Shown one piece after another: positions 40,908-52,469 of a DNA stretch of 64,000 nt. The stretch's first letter is position 1, and every line of letters begins with the position of its first letter. Below the pieces are notes generated by a model that saw only the letters and a program-made list of their open reading frames with translations, did no database searches and had not been told where the DNA came from. This DNA is from Utricularia gibba (Eukaryota > Plantae > Magnoliophyta): NCBI GenBank assembly GCA_002189035.1, contig NEEC01000007.1:930001-994000 (forward strand). The letters run 5' to 3'. A program made the translations under genes and the position numbers.

Positions 40908-42942
40908 ATGACGATCGTTGTTTCTTTGGCTCTCCTTCCTCAACCTTCCTGCAACTTATCTTCAACTGTCGCGCGCCGCATACGTCGTGTTCCCTTTTCA
41001 AGACACCTGGAATATCTTAAATTGAAACGTCTTACGAAGGTCTCATTTGCGGTTTCAGAATCATCGGAATATCCGAAATCCGTCGACGCATCCGGCGACC
41101 CTCGAGTTCTTCTTCAGGAATTAGCTGTGCGTCCGACAACAGAGTTACTTTTATTGTTGAATTTGTTTTTTTTTTTAATACTGGGAAATTTGTCAACGTG
41201 CAGGACTGCTTTTCTCTCCCAGGAGATTACTTTCAGCAGCTTCCACGAGATCTTCGCCTTGACGTGAGTTTAATCACCTAATACTCCTCACTGTGGTGTG
41301 CTGTCTTAGTGATGTGAAGTCATACCATGTTGCGTTTATAGCACTGCAGATTCAGATACAGTTGGTGTTTACTTTTCCTCATAATGGGGATCAGGTTTAG
41401 CTACCTACTGTTCGTTCTTGTTTTCCTTGGGGAATATAAAGAAGATTGGGCATGGCCCGGATGTACTTTTGCATCAATACTCTTTGCGGGTTCCACTCTT
41501 TTACCATAGGAAATAGTTCTCTATAAAATCTAAAATTGAAAATAAACATCAAACTTGAACAGAAGTTTATAACTTCACCATGGAGGTTATTTCTTACCAT
41601 CTTATCTCTTGGATCCTTGTGTTGAGATCAGAGAATGTTAATCAGAAATGGTATTGTGTTCCAAACTTCAATGATCTATTTTCTTGGATGTTGTGATTTG
41701 CTCTTTTTTTTTCCCTGAATTTTGAGCTTGGAAACGTGTTACTTATCTCTTTCCTCCTCTTTCTGAAGCTAAACGATGCAGCATTTGATCTGTCAAATGG
41801 CTCTGTTAAAGAAGAGGTCGGTGTGTTGGGACTTAAATTAAAAATAGTTGATGTGCCTCAAATATCCTTGTGAATCCCGGGAAGTTGAACATTCTGCATT
41901 GCAGTGCGGTGAAGAGCTTGGGGAGATTTTGCTAAATATTAGTAAAGCATGGGAACTTGGTGATACATTGACATCTGCAAACTTAACTCGCAAGCTCCCT
42001 GGATTAGCAGCATCTCTCACAGGGTATAACACATCAGGCAAGAGGTTTATCAAATTCTTGGTCCGGTATCACTAAGGTTTATGCAATGTTGCTTGATTTA
42101 CTCATGTTGCTCTTATTGGTAGTTAGCGCTGGGCAAGCGTTTGCTTTCTGCTTCCAGGAGGTTCAAGGCCATGGGTCAGTATGGTCAAGGTGAAATACAA
42201 AAGGTATGCAGGAAAATCAGTCAGAATCTGTGAGCTACTTTCTTCAGTTTCCTGTTCCAATTCCAGATTCAGATGCTTGGAGGTGAATGTGCAAAGTAGT
42301 TGTTACCATGATATTGCCATATGTAGATTGCAGAAGTGATGAACCGGACAGGAAAGCTAATGTCTTCTAGTGCAGCCACCAAGCCAGCCAACGATGGACC
42401 TAAAGAAGAAACCAGAGTTCTTAAGGTAATGCTCTTTCAAAGTGGTAATGCATTTGAACTCAATGCAGTACTCTGAGTGGTGCTTCTCATATGCAGTTCG
42501 GGGAGCTACAGGTTGAATTAACTCCACAAAAAGCATATATTGGTGCTGCAATTAGTTTCGTTTTCGGGTAACAATTCTCATATAAGCGTTGATGAATCTG
42601 CTGATTTTTATCTACTGAAAGAGGAATACACCCCCACCCCCCCCCCCCCCCCCCACCACACACACACACAGGTTTCTTTCATATAAGATAGGTGAAGGCA
42701 TCCAGAGCATACCAGAGAGCTCATTGGAATATGCAAATGGCAATGCTTTGCTGCTTGCAAAGGTGCTCAGATACTTGGGTTGATCCAATTCTCTTCTTTT
42801 CATTATGCTGATGATAACATGGTCTGTGATGCAGTCACTGCGCATTGCACTGCTTGCTCTTTTCTACTCCTCGGCAGTGTTGTCTGCTTTCACTGTTGTT
42901 GGACTCGTGCTGTATGGAGGACAACTGAAACAAGGGAAGTGA
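40908..42942 (+). CDS. Conserved plant protein with predicted plastid transit peptide and C-terminal TM helices (At3g56010-like from memory)
   Basis: Exons 40908-41126, 41204-41263, 41769-41816, 41905-42037, 42127-42203, 42327-42425, 42497-42567, 42672-42762, 42835-42942 splice in frame. Motifs LPRDLRLDLNDAAFDLSNG, FGELQVELTP and GIQSIPESSLEYAN. Confidence 0.8.
42631..42669 (+). repeat. C5-A-C18 tract followed by (CA)n just before a splice acceptor
   Basis: Read directly: C18 at 42637-42654; acceptor AG ends at 42671. Confidence 0.9.
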
Positions 42943-43449
42943 AGAGTGTGTGCTGTGCACACACACAGCAACAACCATGGAAGCATGCACCTGTTTTGTA
43001 TTGACATGAATACACCCACTGGAACATAGCCATCACCTACAATGTTGCTCTGTTTAACAGGATCAGGAGTCTCTATAGAAACAGAAGAACCAGGCCAAGA
43101 CCTTCCCCCCCATCTTGAAAATTTGCAAGCAAAGCCTTAATCCAACCAGGGTACTAATTCATGGATACCTTGCATGCATATTCACTGAGGTACCCTGCTG
43201 CTACTGCTGCTAAACAGTGAAGTAGATAGCATTATCTCATGCCCAAATGCTACTGCTGTGCTTTCATGCCAAAGGGCAGAGGGTGGTTTTGCTCCATACA
43301 ACTTCCAAAAGCAATCTGAATCTCCTCCTCCATGGAAATCTAGCATTTTCCTCATAAAACACAAATATGTCAGTACAAAACTGGGAAAAAAAAAAGGAAC
43401 AACATTCCCTACATATTTTTTTTCTAAATATCTGGGATGTCCTGCTTTC

Positions 43450-43527
43450 TGGGCTAGATAACAGTTTGCAGGCCCATGCTAAAATTAATTTTGGGCTATA
43501 TGTAACTTGGTCCAATAAGTAGGCCCA
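43450..43527. promoter_or_regulatory. Four site II elements upstream of ATRX
   Basis: TGGGCT 43450, GGCCCA 43471, TGGGCT 43492, GGCCCA 43522. Confidence 0.55.
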
Positions 43528-43703
43528 GAAAAATAGTTTGGGAAAATAATAAATTAATATTCTCCGAATTTTGAGGGAAAATATTGATCTTCTTGGTTCT
43601 TGCTGGGTGTCGTTTCCCCGTTCTTCTGAATTGTCCCACGTCTGTGAACCCCTCTCTGATCCCGTGCTCCATGGAGTGATTTTCTCAGTGTGATCAGTTG
43701 TTA

Positions 43704-46316
43704 ATGGAGCCTGGAGGGGATGAGGACAAGGAAATGGAGGACGCTGAAGGGGAGCTGGAGCAATAGAGAATGAGTCTGGCGATGAGTCGCATTCTCTGGA
43801 CAAGGATGACATCGAGGAGGAGGAGGAAGAAGAAGAGAATCCTGAGGTACGTGGTTTACTGGATGCGATTGGGGTTGGGAGTTTCTGAATCAAGATTAGT
43901 TTTCTTTTTCTACTCCCTGATTCTTCCCGCTTTTGAGAAAAAAAAAGTTAAACTTCTACTGGTGCACTTCGTCTGATTATGTGTTTAATTCTCATGATTT
44001 TTTTTTTTTCCATCAACGTAGGAACCGCTAACAGAAGAGGAGATTGAAGAACTTATTGCTGAGCTCTTAGGAATTGAGAGCAAGGTACAAATTGTCTTTC
44101 TTTCTGCTCTACTATTGTTAAGTATGGGAAAGAGAAAATATTTTTCATTCAATTTTCTCACAATCGTATATCTTATGTAGGCTGCGGAAGCACAAGAGGC
44201 ACTGGAGGAGGAATCCCTGGCGAAAATAGAGGCTGATGTTAGGAAGGAATTATCTGAATCTCTCTCTGGTGATGAAGTAAATGATCCTTTTTTTTAAGTC
44301 TGTCACATCCTTGCAAGCTGATCCGGCATTTCTGAAAATTCCATAAAGCCATTGTGCTTGTTCTACAGTTGGATAAAGCTGTTGAATTGGAGATGACTAC
44401 ATTCAAGCAACAGTGGGAGTCCGAACTTGACGAGCTTGAGACAGAGAGTGCCCATTTATTGGTATTCTTGATATCTACGCTTACTGAAATTCTGTAGTGA
44501 ATCTTGAAAGGCAAAGATGCGACTGCTTCTCTTTTTCGTATTCCTGGTACTGATCATTATCACTCTTTTTGTTCACCTTCCCTCTTGTGCAGGAACAACT
44601 TGACGGTGCTGGTATTGAGCTTCCCAGCCTCTATAAGTGGATTGAAAGACAAGTTCCGAATGGTTGTGTCACTGAAGCCTGGAAGAATAGAGCCCACTGG
44701 GTTGGGGCGCAAGTTCCTTCTGATGCTGTTGAATCTGTAGAAAAGGCTGAGGAATATTTAAAGGCCCACAGGCCTGTGAGAAGGTTCATCTACGTGTCCC
44801 ATAAAAATATGATTTATGTGTGGTTTGCAATGTGGTTCCTTAACTTGGAATCATTTCGTAGTGCAGGCGGCATGGGAAAATTTTGGAGGAAGGTGCTGGT
44901 GGTTTTTTGGGAAGAAAAGTTGCAACCAGTGAAAGCAGCAGCATTCCTAATGATGCTGCGGATTTGGATTGGGATTCTTTCAATAAATTGTGTTCTGATA
45001 GGTCGACATCTTTGGAAGGCATTGCTTTTGGAAATAAACACTGGGCTTCTGTATACCAAGCAAGCACGCCACAGCAGGCAGCTGAATTGGGTCTACAGTT
45101 TTTGGGAGTTAATGAGGTGAATGTTTTAGATTCCGTTTGTCAATTTACTCCTTCCACTGGAATGATTATTACATGCGGTATCTTGCATGCCACCATATAT
45201 TCCTCAAAATTTGAAAAGTGCTTCAGGTGGAAGAGATTGATGATCTTGATGGCACTTCAAGTAATCCATTTATTGCTGAAGCCATAGAAAATGAAAAAAG
45301 TCTTGGTCTTACTGAAGAACAAAAGAAAAACTTTAAAAAGGTTGGTTACTGAGTATAATTCAATTGTTTTAACTTAACCTTCAGTTGTTCCTTTGTTCTT
45401 CATATGCAAATAAATATAATTCAATTGTTTCTTGCAGGTAAAAGAGGAAGAAGATGCAAATGATGACCAAAAACTATGTAAACGATTGAAAAGAAGGAGA
45501 TTCCAGAAGAAATCTGAAGTGGTCTCTAAGGATTTTTATTATTCCTTTTTTTTCGTATTGATCCTATGTCTTCATTTCTATGACTCTCTGTTTCTTTCTT
45601 TTTTTTTTCAGAGTGCTAATCTTGAAGGGTTTCCTTCGCTTATGAGCTCATGGAAAGTCTACGAGATGATTCTATGTCTCTTAAAGATGAAACTTCTGAA
45701 GATGGTGTTGGAAATGAAAAAGATAGAACAGTTGATGAGTTAAAGGGGGTCAAGCTTTCTAGTGATTGTGACCAAGTAGATGAAAACAATTGTGAAAATA
45801 ACCTGCATACCGATGATGAGGCCCCAGCTGATGGAACTAATTTGGAAACTGAGGGTACCACATTGGGCACTCAATTTACCTCAAGTTCAGATTCCGATTC
45901 TGATGATTCAGATGATTCGGATGCAGAAAATGATGTCAAGGCCAGGTTAACTCAATATCTCAGATTTTGATTTTATTTTAGTTTCAACTCTATGCGTTTT
46001 ACTCTGAATGTCAGATGGCCCTTGTAGATTTTTTTTTTTTTTCTCATAGCACTATTTTGGCATCTATTCATTAATCCGTTAGCATTTAGGTTAATGACAG
46101 GTAATAATAACGTTATTAATCATAGTCATATAATAAAATTGACAGCAACTATATGCCAATGGTGACAATTTCCCCTAGAACAATCTTATTTTTTTACAAT
46201 TAAATAAATCCATGACCTCTGAATTGTGAGGATCTAAGAGATGATGGTCATATGGTTCACATATATGGCAGCTTCCTGTGTAAATGTTATTGCAGGCACT
46301 TCCTGTTATTGGATCT

Positions 46317-46348
<32 letters not shown>

Positions 46349-49300
46349 GTAAATGTTATACTTATGCTGCATTGTTTAACGTCTTTGTCATCTGAAAGAA
46401 GATTTGCCTGGATTTAATGATTGGCTGAAGCTGTGTTGTCTTATTTTGTTATTTCACTTGTGTCCAGTGCCAAGAGAAGACGTAAAAAGAAAATACGGAG
46501 GATCATTGATGATGCGGAGTTAGGTGAAGAAACAAAAAAGAAAATTGCAATTGAAAAAGTAAACTCAACATACTCTGCTGTATATTTTATCAAATTAATG
46601 ATTCATCTTGCGTATATTTTAATCTTCTTACAGGAACGTCAAGAACGCCTAAAATCTCTGGAGGCGAAGTTTTCTGTCAATTCTGTCACGATGAGTTCTA
46701 CCGTGAGTAATGGTGGCTCATTTGATGGCAATGGTGTTGAAATACTGGGAGACGTTTCTGCAGGATATATAATAAACGTGGTAAGGGAGGAAGGTGAAGA
46801 GGCTGTGAGGATTCCTCCTAGCATCTCTTCCAAATTAAAGCCCCATCAGGTGCATGAAATCTTTTTTTTTTTTTTTTTTTGACGTTGTGCATCTTTGATC
46901 ATGTTCAGCTGGATTAGGTAATAGGAAAGCATTTTTATATTGTATTCTAATTAACCTTCACCCCACGTATTGCATTGTTGGTTGGCCTGACATTATGTAC
47001 TTTCTATAGATCAGAGGCATAAGATTTATGTGGGAGAATATTATACAATCTGTGAGAAAAGCAAGGTCTGGTGATAAAGGTCTCGGTTGCATTCTAGCTC
47101 ATAATATGGGCTTGGGGAAAACTTTTCAGGTAGAAATCCTTAACCCTATCAAAACTTCTATTGAACCCATGTTTTTCGATGTATGTGATGCAACTGTCTG
47201 GAATATTTGTTTATATGGTATTCTGTTTATTACATAGTTTCTTCATTACAATTCAACATCTCAACCTTATTTTAGCTAGTTTCTGGAAATCTAGTAATGC
47301 TATGATGTGGGTTTTTTATGTTCGTGGTTTTTTCATTTAACCATCTCTTTAGTTTCCAAGGTTTTCAATTTCGTGTATATAGGTTATTGCTTTTCTCTAC
47401 ACGGCTATGAGGGGTGTGGACGTAGGTTTAAGGACAGCTCTTATTGTGACTCCAGTGAGTGTAATACACAACTGGCGACGTGAGTTCATGAAGTGGAAAC
47501 CATGTGAGCTTAAGCCACTTCGTATCTTCATGCTTGAGGACGTTCCAAGGTATATTTTTCGTCCTATTGTTTTATTAGAGTTAAATGGCATGTGTAAATT
47601 TGAGCTAGAACTCGTGAAGTTATTCTTCACTGCATTGACGACATTACCTTTCTATTTTAGGGAGAGAAGGCTTAATTTGCTCAGAAAGTGGGTGACTAAA
47701 GGTGGTATCTTCTTAATTGGATATACTTCCTTTCGGAATTTATCATTTGGGAAGTATGTCAAGGACCGGGATGTGGCTAGGGAAATCAGCCGGGCTCTTC
47801 AGGTAGTTAAATTATTTTGCATGATAGTCTTTCATGTTTATGGAAGGCAGTCTTATTTCTCCACCGCTTACTGGATTTGGTAATAAAGTGTGTGGAATAG
47901 ACTTACATAATTCAAAGCTGAGCAACTATGCTGCATGTCCCCAGAACGTTTTTTTGTGGCCCTGTTTAAAAAAAAATGCTTACACTTTAAGGTCATTTTT
48001 GGTAGGATGGGCCTGATATTTTAGTATGTGACGAAGCACACACTATAAAGAATACCAGGGCTGATACTACCCAGGCATTAAAACTGGTAAAATGTCAGCG
48101 GAGGATTGCACTTACAGGATCTCCTCTGCAGAACAATCTGATGGAATACTATTGTGTATGGATTTCTGTAATACTCAGTATTTGATATCTTTAACACACA
48201 GTTGATCTTCTTGAGTTTTTTTTTTTTTTTGTTACAGATGGTAGATTTTGTTCGTGAAGGGTTTCTTGGCAGCAGCCATGAGTTCAGGAACCGGTAATGG
48301 ACAGTTTTTTTTTTTCTTTAACATGCCAATTTGGTGTTGTTTTCACCTTTTGTAATAAACATTTCTTCAGATTCCAGAACCCAATAGAAAATGGGCAACA
48401 CACAAACTCTACAGCTGAAGATGTGAAAATAATGAATCAAAGATCTCACATACTGTATGAGCAGCTCAAGGGTTTTGTTCAGAGGATGGATATGAATGTG
48501 ATTAAGAAAGATTTACCTCCCAAGACTGTATTTGTTATCTCAGTGAAACTCTCTCCATTACAGAGACAACTTTACAAGAGATTTCTTGATGTTCATTGTT
48601 TTACCAAGGACAAAATCTCAGGTGAAAGGATGATTAAGAGATCTTTTTTTGCTGGCTACCAGGCCTTAGCTCAGGTATATGCATCAGTAATTCATTTGAA
48701 GTTCGGTTTGCCCATCTTTATTGTTTAGTGTGGAAAACTAAAACATATTTTCTACGAGTTTTTTAGCTTTTTCATTTTGCATTTCCATTTCCCAGGACGT
48801 TACCACGTCTACTGATTCATTCTCTGTAGATAATGTACAAATTAAAATCTTTTTGCGGCGAGGGGCTTAATGGATGTTAACTTTGTGAAATGCTGTTTAA
48901 TGACCATGAAAACTTTGGGATTGGCACTATTCACTATCATCAATAGATGCAGGATTGACCTGCTAAAATGCCCTCGCAGATTTGGAACCATCCTGGTATT
49001 CTGCAATTGAGGAAACAAAGCAAAGATGTTGCGAAGTGTGAAGATTTTGAAAATGGTCTGGCAGATGATAGCCCAAGTGAAGAGAATGCTGACTTTAATA
49101 TGATCCCTGGAGGTACTTGCACTTAGTCTATTTGAACAAAGTGTTCTGTTTAATTTGTCTTCGGCGCGTTCTGGCACTTTATTTTAGTTTGGGTAATCTC
49201 GTGCCTTTCTATGTCATTATATTAGTTTCCATTATGTTCAATTTTCATTTGCTCTTCTCAATTTATACCGTTTCAGAAAAGATTGTCAATCCACAAAAGA

Positions 49301-51175
49301 AAAATGATGAGGGATTTCTCCGTGAGGTTTGTGAACTTTCTACCCTCACCATCAAATGCTCTTGGTATTTTATGCTAGATTCTCTTTTTTTTTTTTCTTA
49401 AGTGCTTTCTTTTATGGCTTCTACCAGTAGCCAACATTTTATCTGATTCTTCTACTAGGATTGGTGGATTGATCTTCTCGCTGAAAATACTTATAAGGAT
49501 GCTGATCAAGGCGGCAAAATGGTCTTGCTACTTGATATTCTCACTATGTGTGCAAAAATTGGTGATAAGGCACTGGTATTTAGCCAAAGTATTCTAACAT
49601 TGGACCTAATTGAAATTTACCTTTCAAAGATGCCTCGTCCTAGGAAGAAAGGAAAATGCTGGAAAAAAGGGAAGGACTGGTACAGGTGCATTGATAAAGT
49701 TGCTTTTGTGGCATGCGATGTTTTGATTTCTTGTAAAAATCTTTCTGATTTTAAATTCATAATGACTGGATCAAGTAGGGATGCAATATTTTTGTGATGA
49801 TGGTATGATGTTGGAATATGGTTGAGCTTTTTTGATGTGATCTAACATGACAAGTTTATGCATCATCAGACTAGATGGAAGAACTGAAAGCTCTGAGAGG
49901 CAACGACTGGTCGAGAGGTTCAATGAACCATCCAACATAAGAGTAAAATGTACTTTGATATCAACGAGGGCCGGATCATTGGGAATTAACTTTCATGCCG
50001 CAAATCGAGTGATAATTGTTGATGGCTCTTGGAACCCAACATACGACCTTCAGGCTATATACAGAGCTTGGAGGTGCGGAGGCTTTCTCTTGATTCTGGG
50101 AAACCAATATTTTCCATTTGAGCATTTGGTAAATTTTGATCCCCATACCTTTGCAGATATGGACAGACAAAGCCGGTCTTTGCTTACCGACTATTAGCCC
50201 ATGCCACTATGGAAGAGAAAATTTATAAGCGTCAGGTATGAGAACATAGTGTTGATTTCCACCGGTTTCTCTCCTGCATTCAGCTAAGGAAGGATTCTGC
50301 AGGTCACCAAGGAAGGCCTTGCAGCGAGGGTAGTAGATAGACAGCAGGTGCATAGAACAATGTCAAAAGAAGAAATACTGCATCTGTTTGAATTTGGTGA
50401 CGATGAAAGCACTGACATACTGCCTGAGCTCGGACCGGAGACTGGAGTCATTACTGAAGCGAATCCAATTTGCCATGTTGGACATTTTCTGAAGCAAAAT
50501 CTGCCACTCACTCAAGGAAGTTCCCCCTCGGATAAACTAATGGAAACTTTGATATGCAATTATCATCCCAGGTTGAAGAATATGATCAGTTTTGATCCTA
50601 TGATCAACTTTCACTGATATGCATTTATATCACTATGGTCATTATGCTTTTTCATGCTTCTGTGCAGGTGGATTCTGAATTACCATGAGCATGAGACACT
50701 GCTACAAGAAAACGAGGACGAGAAACTGTCCAAGGAAGAGCAGGACCTGGCGTGGGAAGTCTACAGGAAAACATTGGAATGGGAGGTAGGACAAAGTGCA
50801 CCAGAAGCCACTGCAGCAGAGCACACTAAAGTCCCTCCACAAGAATCTGCTCATCCCCCGTCACCACAACAACCGGAACCTGTGGCTGATCAAAATGCTG
50901 ATGTTCCATGCACACAAGTTTCTACGAGTGACGAACAGCTCGAATGGATCCGTAGACGCCATCAATCTCGTTACAGTATCCAGTTTTGCACAGATTTTTC
51001 ACACTTAATGGTGTTGCAAACACAAAGAATACCGAGAGATGGGTTCGCAGTCTGTGGAGAATGCGCCAAAGTGATTCGCTGGGAGCATGTGACCGGAGCT
51101 CCCGGGTTAGCCTGCTATCTATCTTCAGGTTTCCATCCGCCACCTCCTGAAATGGTTATGCAGCAGATATCATGA
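43704..51175 (+). CDS. ATRX: ATRX-like SNF2 chromatin remodeller (CHR20), apparently lacking the ADD domain
   Basis: About 24 exons. Plant ATRX N-terminus ([25 protein letters not shown]; [11 protein letters not shown]), [14 protein letters not shown], Walker [15 protein letters not shown], helicase-C [20 protein letters not shown]-terminal [12 protein letters not shown]. Apparent -1 indels at 43749-43752 and 45627-45629. Confidence 0.93.
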
Positions 51176-52469
51176 AACTCTTCTAACCCGGTTTGGTAAA
51201 GACCGGCGTTACTTGTCGGTTCGGATCGTATTCCGGCTGAGCCGGTTGAACCCTAGGTTACTTCTTTACAGTATAGTGTAGCAGTGTTACTTTTGTTTAT
51301 TTTTGTTATAATGCGCAATATTATCTTAATTTTATATTTGCTCGTAGATTGTGCTATGTTCTAATATTTTTAATTGTAAATCTGGCCTAATTGTTTTAAT
51401 TTAATTCATGTTTTTTCAAAATAAAAGTATATTATTTTACATGACATAAATCAAACTATTATATCAAATTACACATGCTAATTTAAAAACAGCATATTTT
51501 GCCTCGTTTAATTTATATATGAATTTTAAGCTCAATATAATTTATTCTAAATTCTATTAGCATAATTAAAAAATATGAATTGACAATAATATATTGTAAA
51601 TTCTATTGACTAAATTTATATATGAATTGACAATAATATATTGTTATTGAATTTCTTCGTGTGGGCAAAGAATTATTTCTAATTAATTGTGTTTCCTTAA
51701 TTTATTTTATATATATTTACAATAAACTTGTTAGAGTCAAGTATTTGAGATATCTAGAAATTTGAATGTGAAAAAATTAGTTACATTTAATATAAAATTT
51801 TTGTTTCATTGTATTAAATAGAACGAAAAAATAACCACCTCACGTCGACTTTGATCAGCCAATCACTGTTGCTGAATCGGAATACGTATAGCCGATGCAA
51901 TAAAGGCTTCTCCGCCACCATTTCTCTCTCATACTCACGCCGAGACAATCTCAACGACGGCCGTTGGTCTTCTTCTCTGATCCTCCTCCGCATAGATGAG
52001 AAGCTCGTATGTTTCTGTATTTCGTTCGTTCCTTACATGTATTTTCGAGTTCTGTGTCGAAACATTCGGTTTTTTTTTCTATCGTAGTGATTCTTTTTTT
52101 TTATGAATTGGCGTGTTGAGAAGGAAGAAGCCCTATTTTCGATCGATTCACTCAGCTGTTGATTTTTTTTCTTGCACATTTACTTTGTTTCTTTTCTAGA
52201 TTTGGATGTACTTACATGATGTTGTAAAACATGATACCTTACGTGCTTCTCATTCTCTGGGATTTTGTTGTCCTTTATTTAGCAATGTTTGGATCAGTGA
52301 CATGGAAAGTAGAATCGAGAGAGTGAAGTTGGAGTTTGCACTAGTGAGTGTGAGTAAGTGCAATTTCTACATTCTTTATGTAACGGAGAGTTCTCTGAAG
52401 ACAGGCATCCACATAAATGAATGGTATAATCAGTTCGAGCGAGCAAATCCTTAGACTTCGAGAGAAATC

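Noticed and set aside
43000-43440. Possible minus-strand transcript from the ATRX site II cluster with a strong acceptor at 43381
   Set aside because: Only short, unrecognisable ORFs; equally explained as the 3' region of the upstream gene.
51570-51650. About 25-nt direct repeat ATATGAATTGACAATAATATATTGT in AT-rich spacer
   Set aside because: Ordinary local duplication in low-complexity DNA; not an array.
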